Virus record (IMG/VR): IMGVR_UViG_3300027131_000001
Length of the DNA: 64,000 bases
From: a virus
Strand: one strand, 5' to 3'
Part shown: one piece after another, positions 34,577-45,351 of the stretch
Layout of the letters: each line of letters begins with the position of its first letter
Position numbering within the stretch: position 1 is the first letter of the stretch
Made by a program: the position numbers and the translations under genes
The notes under the pieces: generated by a model
What the model was told of the DNA's origin: nothing
Seen by the model: the letters and a program-made list of their open reading frames with translations, nothing else
Databases searched by the model: none

Positions 34577-35107
34577 TCAAATCATATTAATTGTGTACTT
34601 AATATACTCAAATGTAACAGAGGTTTCAAGATAGTTTACACCGGATGCTGTTGTGTTGAAGTTCAGTTCTCCGAGCTGAGACGGGAAGGCATCAGTAAAG
34701 TTAACTTCAATGTTCGGATTCTTTGAACTTGTAAGAATCATTAGCTTAATATCTGACCTATCTCTACCATTGACGTCCGAATCAATAGATGTCTGAGCTT
34801 GGTATCTTGCAAACGGTTGTAGATCTTTTGCAGCAAGAGATAACATCCAATTGTATATTTCTAGATAATTGGTCATATCTTCATCAACCATGAATGACAC
34901 AGTTAGTGGTGAATACACAAGACGTTCACCAGGGATTGGAATATCAAGAAGAGGAGTTGGCATGATTACATTGCCAGCAAATGTCAATCCTGGAATGGAT
35001 GCACTTTGCAAAAAGAAGTTAAGAAGAGGAGCTTTCTGCAGCACCAATCTAAAGTTTAGAGGTGAGAGAAAGTTTCTATTTGTTGGGGTGTTTGTTAATG
35101 CACTCAT
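34577..35107 (-). CDS. gp3: Tail completion / tube terminator protein
   Basis: NFLSPLNF...F.VDEDMTNY.EIYNW...DAFP. Confidence 0.88.
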   Translation of the reverse strand: MSALTNTPTNRNFLSPLNFRLVLQKAPLLNFFLQSASIPGLTFAGNVIMPTPLLDIPIPGERLVYSPLTVSFMVDEDMTNYLEIYNWMLSLAAKDLQPFARYQAQTSIDSDVNGRDRSDIKLMILTSSKNPNIEVNFTDAFPSQLGELNFNTTASGVNYLETSVTFEYIKYTINMI

Positions 35108-35139
35108 AGTAGTATTCCTTTCTACTATTTATGTTAGGC

Positions 35140-35168
35140 AAAAAAAGAGAGGACCCGAAGGTCCTCTC
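35140..35168 (-). terminator. Terminator after the major capsid gene
   Basis: GAGAGGACC-TTCG-GGTCCTCTC-T7 (cUUCGg tetraloop). Confidence 0.92.
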
Positions 35169-35193
35169 AATATCCCTCTGCGGGGATTCTTGA

Positions 35194-36525
35194 TTACATC
35201 AAGTTGTCAACTAAGATTCTTCTGTAGTAAACGTTAGAGTCTTTTGTCAATGCGCCAAGGCCAGCTGTTGCGCCTTCTGCATATGGGTTTGCAACCATAC
35301 CGTAACGAGTCTTGAAACCAATCTTAGGTTGGAAGCTATCTGGATCAACAGCACGAACCATTTGTAGAGGAACGTATGGGCAGTAGAACAAGCCAGCGTC
35401 AAATGCGCTAGAACCTTTGTAACCTACAACCATATAGTTGCCACCAGCATATGGGTCGATGTAAACACGAACACGTCCGTTTAACACACCAGCAAATGTA
35501 TTGCCTGTGTCATCAACGTTCAAGTTGTTGCTGTTTAGAGCAGGAGTGTAATCTAGAACACCAGCCATTTGAAGAGCAGAAGCTACATCAGATGAACAGA
35601 TGATCATGTTACCCTTACCACGTCTTGTTGCTTTAGCGATTTGGTTTGCTTCACGTTCAACTTGGAACATCAAACCTTTGAACTTCTCAACTGACCAACG
35701 ACCGTTAGAGTCTGTATCTAAGTCGAAACGACCAACTGTTGTTGTATTCTCAGTAGCACCACGTGTAGCAGTGATATTGATTGTACGAACAACTTCACGG
35801 TTAATTTCAGCAAGAATCTCAGCAGATAGAATGTTAGACAATTCTGTTTCTGCGTCTAGACCATGGATTGCTTTCAAGTCTTGTGCAAGTTCCATTGTGT
35901 ATTCTGCTTTCAAAGCACGTGATTTAGCTGTAACAGTAACTTTCTCGATAGAGAATGCCATCTCAGCAAATGCAACGTTGCCAGAAGTACCAAGTGCTTC
36001 TGATTGTGCTGTAGACATACCAGAACCGAAGTTATAGATGCCTGTTTCAGCCAAGTTAGCTGTACCACTTGTTGTGTTACCTGGAACAGTACCAACCATC
36101 TTCTGGCCAAGTGTGTTAGCACCTGAAACAACAGAGGTGAATGATGTGTTAACTTCGTTGTAGAAGTTTTCAACACCAGCGTTAGAGCTGTTGCTGTACT
36201 TAGAACGCATTGCGAAGATCAAGCCTGTTGGGCCTGTCATTGGTTGTACGCCGCAGATGTCATAAGCAATCAAGTTAGGCATTGCACGACGAACCAAGCT
36301 GATTAAAACTGGATCGAACGTATCAATGTCATTACCTGTTTGGTTAGCAGGTGCTGCTTCTGTCAATGTTTGTGGAACATAGTGATTAGCTTCGCGAAGA
36401 GCTTTTTCTGTATTCTCTAGAATAACAGCTGTTACACTTCTACGGTGCGTATCTTTGATAGGGGCCAAGTCTGGGTGAGCCAGGATTGGCTCCCACTTTC
36501 TTTGGATGTCTTCTTGTAAGTTCAT
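35194..36525 (-). CDS. gp23: Major capsid protein
   Basis: DPVLISLVRRAMP, CGVQPMTGPTG, ELAQDLKAIHGLDAE, FQPKIGFKTRYG. Confidence 0.99.
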   Translation of the reverse strand: MNLQEDIQRKWEPILAHPDLAPIKDTHRRSVTAVILENTEKALREANHYVPQTLTEAAPANQTGNDIDTFDPVLISLVRRAMPNLIAYDICGVQPMTGPTGLIFAMRSKYSNSSNAGVENFYNEVNTSFTSVVSGANTLGQKMVGTVPGNTTSGTANLAETGIYNFGSGMSTAQSEALGTSGNVAFAEMAFSIEKVTVTAKSRALKAEYTMELAQDLKAIHGLDAETELSNILSAEILAEINREVVRTINITATRGATENTTTVGRFDLDTDSNGRWSVEKFKGLMFQVEREANQIAKATRRGKGNMIICSSDVASALQMAGVLDYTPALNSNNLNVDDTGNTFAGVLNGRVRVYIDPYAGGNYMVVGYKGSSAFDAGLFYCPYVPLQMVRAVDPDSFQPKIGFKTRYGMVANPYAEGATAGLGALTKDSNVYYRRILVDNLM

Positions 36526-36555
36526 GTGGATCTCCTTAGAGGGTTAATATGATTT

Positions 36556-36563
36556 TATTTATA
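36556..36563 (-). promoter_or_regulatory. T4 late promoter for gp23
   Basis: TATAAATA. Confidence 0.8.
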
Positions 36564-37530
36564 CTTTTGAATTTCGCGCGATTGAATTATAGTAGCGTTT
36601 AATTCCTGCATCTTGGAAAGAAACTTGAGTTTCTTCATTTAGATCGTTGTTACCAATCGCTTCTTCTTCTTCTCTGATGTCTTGAGCTGCTGGTTTTGAT
36701 GGGAAATAGTTCTCCTTAACAAGAACTAACTTTCTCATATAGTTGTCTGATCCGTCAAAGTCAATACCCTCTGCTAGCTGACGAAGTTTTTCAACTTGTG
36801 TCATAACTAGGCCTTCTGCTACTTGATCAAAGATTTCGTGCTTTGAGTATTCGCTAATTGATTTAGACAGCTCAATGTTTTCATTAATCTGTGCATTCAA
36901 TTTGTCTTCTAGTTGCTCAACAGTTGCTGTCAACTCTTCCAACACGTTCAATTTGTCTTCTGGAATCTCGATATAGTTTTCAGCAAATAGCTTCTTCATA
37001 CCTTCCATGAACTCTTCTGTGATTTCTGTTCTTAGAGAATGCTCAATAGCAACTTCGTTTTCTGCCATCCACTGCTCAACACAATAGTCGAGATAGTCAT
37101 CTAGTTTAGACGACATCTCAGTAGTAACTTCTTCAAGAGCTTCTTCTAGTTTTGTTGAGTATTGTTCTTCTAGATCTGCGATTTCTTCAGCAATGCGTAC
37201 TTGAACAGCAGCTTCGAAAATAGTAGATGCTTTTTCTTTGAAGTCTTCGGAAAGATCTTCTCCGTTAAACATTGCGTCGATATGCTCTTTCATTGCTGCG
37301 CCTTTCATTGCAACGGATGCTTTATTCTGAGCAGACATATCACCAGTTGGAGCTGTGTTGTTTTGTGGATCAGTTTCTTCCTGATCACCAGCTACTGACT
37401 GAGGATTCATGTCGCCTTGACTTTTAGAATTAGGCAGTGTGGTTTTTTTAGTGCCAGCATCAGGAACCATAGAGACTCCTGTAGCGCCACCACCCACTGT
37501 TAATTCATCTAATTGTTTTCTTGTTGCCAT
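36559..37530 (-). CDS. gp22: Prohead core scaffold protein
   Basis: LSEDFKEKASTIFEAAV, DYLDY.VEQW, KENYF. Confidence 0.93.
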   Translation of the reverse strand: MATRKQLDELTVGGGATGVSMVPDAGTKKTTLPNSKSQGDMNPQSVAGDQEETDPQNNTAPTGDMSAQNKASVAMKGAAMKEHIDAMFNGEDLSEDFKEKASTIFEAAVQVRIAEEIADLEEQYSTKLEEALEEVTTEMSSKLDDYLDYCVEQWMAENEVAIEHSLRTEITEEFMEGMKKLFAENYIEIPEDKLNVLEELTATVEQLEDKLNAQINENIELSKSISEYSKHEIFDQVAEGLVMTQVEKLRQLAEGIDFDGSDNYMRKLVLVKENYFPSKPAAQDIREEEEAIGNNDLNEETQVSFQDAGIKRYYNSIARNSKV

Positions 37531-37556
37531 TTATAACTCCTTAAATGTTCTTTTAT

Positions 37557-37564
37557 TATTTATA
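37557..37564 (-). promoter_or_regulatory. T4 late promoter for gp22
   Basis: TATAAATA. Confidence 0.8.
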
Positions 37565-37574
37565 TTTTAAATTC

Positions 37575-38222
37575 TTACAGTGAGCGAAGGAATTCTGAGA
37601 AGACTTTAATCTTCTGTTCTTCTAGATTGCGGCTAGAAGTCTTTTGAATTTCTTTTTTCATTTCTTCAAGACGCTGTGCCTTGAGAATACCATTGTCCCA
37701 AACCCATTCTACTCCCTCCATGATGCCTCTTACGAATGCCTCAGGAGCTGATGGATCTGCAACGATATCAGCAGCAGTGGCAAGATGAAAGTCATCCTGT
37801 ACTTCATTGATACCTTCTCTGTTTGCAACAAGAGAGCCCATACCTCTTGAAGAAACACCAAGCTTTGCACCTTCACTCATCAAGTTTTTAACAATTTGAC
37901 CATAAGGAGTATCCATAATCTTTGCTCTGCCAACAAAGTTAGATCCTTCTTTGACTAACTTTTGTGTCATGTGCGAGACACGCTCAAGGTTAATATTAGG
38001 ACCAGATGGATGACCTAATTCGCCAAACGCTCTGTTCTCTTTAACATACTCTGTATTATATCTATTGACTTCTCTCTCAAGAATGTTACTCTTATACATT
38101 CTACCGTTACGGTTAGGTAAGTCGGCTTGCATGAAGATGCCTTCAATAAAGTAGTGATTCTTACCTTCTTTTTCTTCTACAAGAAAATTTACACTCTCGT
38201 TAACTTCGCACATGAGCTTCAT
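37575..38222 (-). CDS. gp21: Prohead protease
   Basis: NRNGR.Y, GELGHP, GVSSRGMGS, DIVADPSAP. Confidence 0.97.
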   Translation of the reverse strand: MKLMCEVNESVNFLVEEKEGKNHYFIEGIFMQADLPNRNGRMYKSNILEREVNRYNTEYVKENRAFGELGHPSGPNINLERVSHMTQKLVKEGSNFVGRAKIMDTPYGQIVKNLMSEGAKLGVSSRGMGSLVANREGINEVQDDFHLATAADIVADPSAPEAFVRGIMEGVEWVWDNGILKAQRLEEMKKEIQKTSSRNLEEQKIKVFSEFLRSL

Positions 38223-38233
38223 CTTAGTTCCTC

Positions 38234-38581
38234 TTAATATTCGCTAGTGAATGTAGATACTTTTTGGAAATCAATAATAAGTGTACTATTTGCTGATGTA
38301 CAATTTACAACCACATTAGCTGATGGATCTACTTGAATAGATGCTCCGTTGCCTGCAAAATCTAAGTATACTGATGTCTCGGCAAAAAGTATATTATTAG
38401 CTCCACGTGCTATTTTCCAAAAACCACTATCTAGTCCATACCATACTTGGTTAATATGAAGACCAGTAACTGTTTCCCCAGCAATACCGGAGTTTGCTGA
38501 AGCTACTGTTAATTCTGTGTTAGATGTAAAAAGGACAACAAACTTGCCGCCCTTTTGGTTAATTAATGTTCTACTCGCCAT
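38234..38581 (-). CDS. Hypothetical head-module protein
   Basis: 115 aa between gp20 and gp21. Confidence 0.75.
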   Translation of the reverse strand: MASRTLINQKGGKFVVLFTSNTELTVASANSGIAGETVTGLHINQVWYGLDSGFWKIARGANNILFAETSVYLDFAGNGASIQVDPSANVVVNCTSANSTLIIDFQKVSTFTSEY

Positions 38582-39302
38582 CTTGCAGCTCCAATTGTTC
38601 TAAGAATTCAATCATTTGTTCTGGATCTTCGTCAAGAATCTGCTCAAAGATCTCTTTATTTTCATCAGATAGATTTTCGTAAATTGTATTGAGTAATTGA
38701 GTTAGTTCTTCATCTTCTGTCAACTCTTCTACTTCTTCAGCAACCTTCTTAGCAGTAGCAGTTGCAATAGCCATCTTTTTAGACATTGGCATGCTTGGAT
38801 TATCACGCTCGATAGCTTTTGCTACTTCTTCGCGTTTCTTCATCTCTGCTGGAGTAAGAGTCTTTTCATCCAACTCTTCTTCTGTAATTTTGTTTCGGCC
38901 GATGACTGTAACATTCTTGATTTTTGCACCAGCTTCTGTGGCATCGTCAAGCTCTGAATCAGAAAGATGCTCACCCTTAGATATATGTTGCTCGAGATCT
39001 CTACCAACCTTCATAACATGGTATTTTGTTTTACCATCTTTTTTAACTGGCATTACGTGAAGGGCCATTGGGTGCAAACCCTTTGTGGCTTCTTCATATA
39101 CCTTCTCATCATTACCTGGATTATATCCGTGCTCTGTCTCACGATTTACTGCTTTAATGTTTGTAGCATTAAACAGCTTATCATCTTGAGTACCACGATC
39201 GTCTAATTTATTCTTAGTGGTAATGTGTTTATCCATGAACTTTTTCTCGTCCTTGGATTTAGGAGCATATACCTCTAGAATTTGGTTAAGAGTTTTCGCC
39301 AT
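38571..39302 (-). CDS. Acidic prohead/internal protein
   Basis: Glu-rich, repeated xEE potential gp21 cleavage sites, MAIATATAKK. Confidence 0.7.
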   Translation of the reverse strand: MAKTLNQILEVYAPKSKDEKKFMDKHITTKNKLDDRGTQDDKLFNATNIKAVNRETEHGYNPGNDEKVYEEATKGLHPMALHVMPVKKDGKTKYHVMKVGRDLEQHISKGEHLSDSELDDATEAGAKIKNVTVIGRNKITEEELDEKTLTPAEMKKREEVAKAIERDNPSMPMSKKMAIATATAKKVAEEVEELTEDEELTQLLNTIYENLSDENKEIFEQILDEDPEQMIEFLEQLELQDGE

Positions 39303-39504
39303 ATTCGTCCTCTTCTTGTGAGTTAAATTCTTCTGTGTCTTTGTTGAAGAAGCGCTGCGCTACTTCGACCTTCTTTTGTTGAATGGAGTCATAGATTCTG
39401 CCTGCCATCAATTCATTAAATACATCCTGCATCTTGGCAGGTTGTCCCTCGTAAGCATGTCTCACAAGGTCACTCACTCCATATTGTGTTGCTGTAGAAT
39501 CCAT
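39286..39504 (-). CDS. Small prohead core protein (gp67-like position)
   Basis: Acidic C-terminus; immediately after the portal gene. Confidence 0.65.
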   Translation of the reverse strand: MDSTATQYGVSDLVRHAYEGQPAKMQDVFNELMAGRIYDSIQQKKVEVAQRFFNKDTEEFNSQEEDEYGENS

Positions 39505-39516
39505 CGATACTCCTAT

Positions 39517-41037
39517 TTATTGTTGAGGTTCTGGCGGTGGAGGTGGATAGTAGATTTGATTGCTCAGCTCTTCTTTGATCTGCTCATCCATCTGCTCTCT
39601 ATCTTCATCGCTTTGTTTGAAAATGTTAGATCTAATCCAATCATGCGAATAATACTTACCAATATATGGAGTCAGTAAACCAGCAACCTGTAGTCTAGAA
39701 TTTAAGACATCAGTTTCTTTTAACTCTTCATAGTAGTTATCTTTTGCATAATCAAACTTAATAGCTTGGGACATTGACTTCCAGTCTTCAACTGTGACAA
39801 TACCCTTCAACACTAACTGTTTTTCAAGACATTTCAAAAATAATGTAGAGAATTTAGCTCTCATTCTTGAGATAAATTTTGAGAATTTAACTTCGTCTCT
39901 TGTAATCTCTGTTGCTCTACCAATCGAATATGTCTGTTCGGTTTGTAATCTTGTTGCTGGTACATTAAGAGCTTGATATAATTTCTTTTGGAAGTATTCA
40001 ACATCTTCCATCTTACCAAGATTCTCACCACCTGGTAATGTAGTAATTTCTGTACCCTTACCACCTTCACGACGAGGAAGCCAGTAATCTTCCAACATTG
40101 TCATGAACTTACGGTCATCTCTTACTTCACCAGTAGTAGCATCGTATACTAATCTGTTCTTATGGCGAACCATCATATCACGAAGATATTGTTCTGCCTT
40201 CATCTTAGGTAGGTTACCTACATCAATGTAAAATATACGTCTCTCTGGTGCTCTTGATATTCTGTAAATAACTGTTGCATCTTCAAGTACTCTCAACTGG
40301 TTCAATGGCTTAATTGCTTTGTGCAAATAAGATATAACCATCGTACCGTTTGTATCCATTAGACCGGACGTACAATGGACGATTGCGTCTTTTGCTATCT
40401 TGATACCAGTTGCAGAGTAAGCAGCTGCTCCGCTACCTATACCCTGTGCATTGTATCCTTTTTCATTGTAGATGTAATACTCTTTTGTGGTCTGAGTAAC
40501 AACTGATTCTGACTTAGGATCTTTTTTCTTTTTCTGCTCGCGAATCTTTCTGATCTTTCTAGGATCAACGTTTCTAAGCTCTTTGATTCCTAAACGAGGA
40601 TTCTTCTCATCTATAATTACATGGTAGTATAATCTACCATCAATATACCATCTCTTGAAAAGATCATATGACTTTTCTTCAAAATTCAAAAGATTCTTAA
40701 CTGTATTAAACTCTTGAATAATTGCAGCTTTAATATTATCTGGATAATTTAATCCATTCAAGTTAAGTTCAACTATCTTCTCATCTGTCTCATGAACAAT
40801 AGCTTCATTGACAATCTCTTCAACAGCTCTATCAATATCAGCTGTGATAGACATATCTCTATATCGTGTAACTAACTCTGCTTCTGTTCTTGCAGTACCT
40901 TCTAGATCTACATATGTTCCGTATGACCCTCCGGCTGCAACAACAACAGCACCATCGTCATTAGACTGTGGTGCAAAGGAAACGGGCGGCTCCTCAGGAG
41001 TAACCCGTTTGAATTCAAATCCAAATAGACTGGCCAT
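39517..41037 (-). CDS. gp20: Portal protein
   Basis: WYIDGR, APERRIFYIDVGNLPK, EDYWLPRREGGKGTEI. Confidence 0.99.
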   Translation of the reverse strand: MASLFGFEFKRVTPEEPPVSFAPQSNDDGAVVVAAGGSYGTYVDLEGTARTEAELVTRYRDMSITADIDRAVEEIVNEAIVHETDEKIVELNLNGLNYPDNIKAAIIQEFNTVKNLLNFEEKSYDLFKRWYIDGRLYYHVIIDEKNPRLGIKELRNVDPRKIRKIREQKKKKDPKSESVVTQTTKEYYIYNEKGYNAQGIGSGAAAYSATGIKIAKDAIVHCTSGLMDTNGTMVISYLHKAIKPLNQLRVLEDATVIYRISRAPERRIFYIDVGNLPKMKAEQYLRDMMVRHKNRLVYDATTGEVRDDRKFMTMLEDYWLPRREGGKGTEITTLPGGENLGKMEDVEYFQKKLYQALNVPATRLQTEQTYSIGRATEITRDEVKFSKFISRMRAKFSTLFLKCLEKQLVLKGIVTVEDWKSMSQAIKFDYAKDNYYEELKETDVLNSRLQVAGLLTPYIGKYYSHDWIRSNIFKQSDEDREQMDEQIKEELSNQIYYPPPPPEPQQ

Positions 41038-41079
41038 ATTTTATCCTATATTAGAAGAGGAGATAATCTCCCCCTCATT

Positions 41080-41589
41080 TCATTCCCAGTAGTCGTAAGA
41101 CCAAGTAATACTATATTCTTCAATCTGATCCGCAGATCCCCAATCCAAAGCAATTTCACTAATATTTGTTGGGAAACATCCAACTAGCTTAACAATCTTC
41201 AGAGGTGGTCCTTTTTTGGAATACTGACTGACTGTTAAGTCAACTTTATATTCACTAGGAAATGCTCTGAAATTAGTTGTCCTCTGGTTGATGATTTCAA
41301 CCCATTGCTCAACTGCGTTTCTGATAATGAACCCTTCGTCGTTCATTACTGTTGTTGACCAATCACCATATTGTCTCTCACCTGCAATTTTGATTGTTCT
41401 ACCACCATAAGGAATGGATACCTGTCCAACTGTAGATGCTGGAAGGCTGGCAGAACGAACTAGGAAAGGACTGAAAGGGATCAGAGCAGGCACGCCTGGA
41501 GGTGTTGAAATAAACACCTGAAACAGCGCTGGTCTTGCAAAGTCGGTAGTGCTTACTAACGACTTGAATGCATTAATACTGAAAGCCAT
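41080..41589 (-). CDS. gp19: Tail tube protein
   Basis: ARPALF, SLPAS, GR.IKIAGER, FP..I..I.LDW. Confidence 0.94.
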   Translation of the reverse strand: MAFSINAFKSLVSTTDFARPALFQVFISTPPGVPALIPFSPFLVRSASLPASTVGQVSIPYGGRTIKIAGERQYGDWSTTVMNDEGFIIRNAVEQWVEIINQRTTNFRAFPSEYKVDLTVSQYSKKGPPLKIVKLVGCFPTNISEIALDWGSADQIEEYSITWSYDYWE

Positions 41590-41604
41590 TTATTGTCTCC
41601 TTAA

Positions 41605-43680
41605 TTAAAATCTACCAACAACTTCATCGAACGCAACACCAGTTCTTACTGCAACAAAGTTAAGTTGGATAAAGTTAATTGATTTGGCTGGCTTAACGTA
41701 TATATCTCCGATAAATTCATTTCTATCAATCACTTCGCCAGTATTGTTTGTTTCATCACAAACAACTCTATAGTCGTAAATACCTCTACGTCCCTGTACA
41801 TCTCTTAAGAATGGTTCTACAAGAGAAACAAATTGCGCTCTTGTGAACTCATCATTCAATTCGAATAAAGAGAATTTAGATGCAGTTGCAATTGCTTTTT
41901 CAAGCACAATAAACAATCTACGAACGTTGATACGATCAAATGCACTAGGCTTAGCCAATGCTGTCTTATCACCGTACAGGATTGTACCTTGTCCTGGGAA
42001 TGTTGCAACTGGGTTGATACCGTTTTTATATAAAAGATCGCGGTCGGCTTGCTTAGGGTTATAAGCTAACTTGACAACATTCTTAATCTGACCACGGTTA
42101 AATCCAGCAGGAGAGAACCAGGGATCACGCTGTGCATCTGTACGAACACATAAGCCAGCAATGTCACCGTTAAGTGGAATCCAACGGAATATATCGTTGT
42201 ACTTGTCGTACTGGTACTTGTAACCAGAATCGATTACCAAATATGAAGAAGATCTGCAAGAGTTTCTGAAATCAACGGTGTCTTGTGATTCATCTAGACC
42301 AGAGTTGTTAACAACGTCAGCCTTGTCTGGAGATGTTAAAACAATACAGTCTTTACGTACTTCTGCAATGTTATCAACAAGGTAGTTTGATAGTTGTTCA
42401 CCATTTGTGCCGCCTCTTGACTTACCAGTCATTATCAAAGAGATATCTACATCTTCAGCAGATGTGAATAAATCATATCCACCAATAACAGTGCTGATAG
42501 CCACATCTGTTTCTGTGTCCCCGTCTTGCCCCAACTGAAAAGACAAATATAATGGATCTGTATCGACGCTAGTAATATTCAATGCAGTATTTGATAGAAC
42601 ACCTGCTCGGTCATTTCCAAACCATATGTGTCTACTACTGTCATTAATAACAGTTTTATAATAGTTAGTAGAGCCATCTGTCGTTTTAGCATCTGTTGCT
42701 CTAGACAGCCCAGAATATACCTCTAGTATTGTACCAGGAACACCTGTAAACTTACCGTCTTGATCAGATACGATTACATGCAACTCATCAACAGCGGAAG
42801 TGTTTCCATATGTTGATTGGTAATCAGAGGTACCTGGAGCTCCAGGAACATTACGGAAATATTCCCAATACTTTGAAACACTATTACTTGAGCAGTTTAC
42901 AGATAGCTGAAGAGAGTTATCTGTTGAGATTGTAAAATATCTATGTGTCAAATTTGCAAATGATGCGTTTGTACCCATTGCTGTTGGTAAACTTGTAATT
43001 TTTAAATACTGCTTGCCAATAGAAGTATTACCAACTTCGATTAAATCATTCACTTGTAATGAGCTAAGCACGGACACTAATCTTGTGTTTGCTTCAGCTA
43101 ATGTCCCTGTAGCGGTATTAGATACTGCAACTGTTATTGTATTTGAACCGACTACGGCAGATACTGTACCTACAGCTAGGTTAGCATCACCATTCTTAAT
43201 ATCAATGGATTTACTGAAAGCATTACCAGAATCACAAACTGAAATCTTTAGTGAGTTACCTATCTCACCAGGATATCTAGCAACATACAATACATCTGTA
43301 TCTGTGCTCCATGTAATGGTGTCATATGCTTCTTCGTTCTTTACAGTGAACACTTGAGCATTAGCCACTGTACCAGTAGTATTAGCAATAGCTGAAATAA
43401 CACCGTTTGCAAAGTTGACAGTGTTTGCTGCTCTTACTACATAAAGTGCATTACCATACGCCAAAAAGTTTGCAGCTGTGAAAAATGTTTCTGGATTGTG
43501 ATTGGTAGGCTTACCAAACTTTGTTACTAGATCTGATTCAGAATTTACAAGGGTTCTTTTTCCGACAGGACCCCACTTAAACACACCAGAGATTGCTCCA
43601 ACAGAAGTAGATACTGCTGGGACAACGGTTGTTAAGTCGATTTCTGAAACATTTACGCCTGGGCTAACTTGAAATGCCAT
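41605..43680 (-). CDS. gp18: Tail sheath protein
   Basis: SPGVNVSEIDLT, PWFSPAGFNRG, SAFDRINVRRLF. Confidence 0.98.
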   Translation of the reverse strand: MAFQVSPGVNVSEIDLTTVVPAVSTSVGAISGVFKWGPVGKRTLVNSESDLVTKFGKPTNHNPETFFTAANFLAYGNALYVVRAANTVNFANGVISAIANTTGTVANAQVFTVKNEEAYDTITWSTDTDVLYVARYPGEIGNSLKISVCDSGNAFSKSIDIKNGDANLAVGTVSAVVGSNTITVAVSNTATGTLAEANTRLVSVLSSLQVNDLIEVGNTSIGKQYLKITSLPTAMGTNASFANLTHRYFTISTDNSLQLSVNCSSNSVSKYWEYFRNVPGAPGTSDYQSTYGNTSAVDELHVIVSDQDGKFTGVPGTILEVYSGLSRATDAKTTDGSTNYYKTVINDSSRHIWFGNDRAGVLSNTALNITSVDTDPLYLSFQLGQDGDTETDVAISTVIGGYDLFTSAEDVDISLIMTGKSRGGTNGEQLSNYLVDNIAEVRKDCIVLTSPDKADVVNNSGLDESQDTVDFRNSCRSSSYLVIDSGYKYQYDKYNDIFRWIPLNGDIAGLCVRTDAQRDPWFSPAGFNRGQIKNVVKLAYNPKQADRDLLYKNGINPVATFPGQGTILYGDKTALAKPSAFDRINVRRLFIVLEKAIATASKFSLFELNDEFTRAQFVSLVEPFLRDVQGRRGIYDYRVVCDETNNTGEVIDRNEFIGDIYVKPAKSINFIQLNFVAVRTGVAFDEVVGRF

Positions 43681-43710
43681 TTTTATCTCCTAAAGACTAG
43701 AGTTTCTTTC

Positions 43711-43718
43711 TATTTATA
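43711..43718 (-). promoter_or_regulatory. T4 late promoter for gp18
   Basis: TATAAATA. Confidence 0.8.
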
Positions 43719-43734
43719 ATATTGCCAACCGTCA

Positions 43735-45351
43735 CTAGGAATTCATATATCTTGCAAAATTATCAACATAAACTATTGGTTGGTCCTCTATTGACTGTCC
43801 ATCATATATGATACCAAAAGGAGTGATCTCCTCATCAAGCATTCTTTGTTTCTCATCAACAAGCCTGCGTCTGATATCTAAATTTGTTATCTCTTTAATG
43901 AATGGCTGAGTCATCGTCCACCCAAACAGTACACCACACATTGCTAGATCGTCATTACCATCTTCTGCTTCGTATGTGTTACCGTTACTTACGAATCTGT
44001 AAAGCTCTGAAATAAGATCAAGGTCATTCAATTCAACCTTATCATTCTCAACCAATGCTTTAAAATTGTTACATCCAATTTTCTTGGTTGATTTAGTTGT
44101 TCTTAATCCTTTAACAGACGTCCCACCAAACCCCTGAGATACTTCAACTGATCCCTTTGGATTTTTGGACGTGTATACTATATTTTCATACTCAAGCTCT
44201 TCATGTAGAATATCAGCTACTTGCTGGCCAATATCATTCGTTTCAATAAGAACATGAGCATTAAAATACTTCAATGCTGTATTATATATTACTTCCGGAA
44301 ATAGGAGAGGTGAGATGTTGTTATTTCTATATGTTGCAACTACTTTGTAAGGTGCATCAGATATATCATATACAATAAATGCTGAATAATCTCCACCCAG
44401 CCCTCTTGACACATCCACCATTATAATATATAATCCCATTTGTCTGGGTTCATAGAATAACTTAAAGTGTTCGTTGCTACTGAGTGGTTGCTTGTAAACA
44501 AGTCTTCTGAGTACTTCTGGCGAAATTAATGTATTAGAAGAACCGAGAAACTCACATTCAAACTCTTGTCTGAATTGTTCTTTAGAAGTGTTTCTAATAG
44601 TTTCTTCTTTCCAGGCTTGATCTCTTCCTGGAACATCTGACCAATGAACATCAATTCTCTTGTACGAGTTGTCTCCGTTCTCACTATCTACCCACAATTT
44701 ATAAAATAAATTCAACCCGTTAGGGGTTGATGTAATCAACACTTTAGTAGTTGTACCTGATGAGATTGTAGGATAGACAGAAGAGAAGAATGTTTCTTGT
44801 ATACTATTTGGAACAAAAGCAAATTCATCTAAGTAAATAAAGTTTTGAGATGTACCACGAATAGCGCTTGAAGCTGTTGAGCTGGCAAGAATAGTAGATC
44901 CATTTTCAAGCTCAATAGACGTCTTATTCCATTCTTTTACACCTTGTTGTAGCCATTTAGGTAAGTGCTCATATGCAAGTTGGATTCTACTTAGAATCTC
45001 CTGCGCTTGCGCTTCCTTATTAGCAAGAATAGCAACAGAATATAACTCGTTAAAAAGAATCGAATGAAGGAGAATACCAACAACAGCTGTTGTCTTTCCA
45101 ACTTGTCGCGGCATTTTACATATAACAAAACGCTCTTTTTCATTTAACCTTATAATATCTCTTTGATAGTCATAAGGAATAAACGGGATGAGACCTCTAT
45201 CAACGTTTACAATCTTTACATAAGTCTCAATAAAATACTCAGGACTACGTGCACATTTGATGTACTCTTGAATCTCTTCTCTTGTAAATTCTACCTTTAC
45301 ATCAGTACGCTTTAGATTCTTATTACCAAGATAGATATCATTCTTGTTCAT
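43735..45351 (-). CDS. gp17: Terminase large subunit
   Basis: PRQVGKTT, YLDEFAFV, STPNG, DVSRG, DDLAM. Confidence 0.98.
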   Translation of the reverse strand: MNKNDIYLGNKNLKRTDVKVEFTREEIQEYIKCARSPEYFIETYVKIVNVDRGLIPFIPYDYQRDIIRLNEKERFVICKMPRQVGKTTAVVGILLHSILFNELYSVAILANKEAQAQEILSRIQLAYEHLPKWLQQGVKEWNKTSIELENGSTILASSTASSAIRGTSQNFIYLDEFAFVPNSIQETFFSSVYPTISSGTTTKVLITSTPNGLNLFYKLWVDSENGDNSYKRIDVHWSDVPGRDQAWKEETIRNTSKEQFRQEFECEFLGSSNTLISPEVLRRLVYKQPLSSNEHFKLFYEPRQMGLYIIMVDVSRGLGGDYSAFIVYDISDAPYKVVATYRNNNISPLLFPEVIYNTALKYFNAHVLIETNDIGQQVADILHEELEYENIVYTSKNPKGSVEVSQGFGGTSVKGLRTTKSTKKIGCNNFKALVENDKVELNDLDLISELYRFVSNGNTYEAEDGNDDLAMCGVLFGWTMTQPFIKEITNLDIRRRLVDEKQRMLDEEITPFGIIYDGQSIEDQPIVYVDNFARYMNS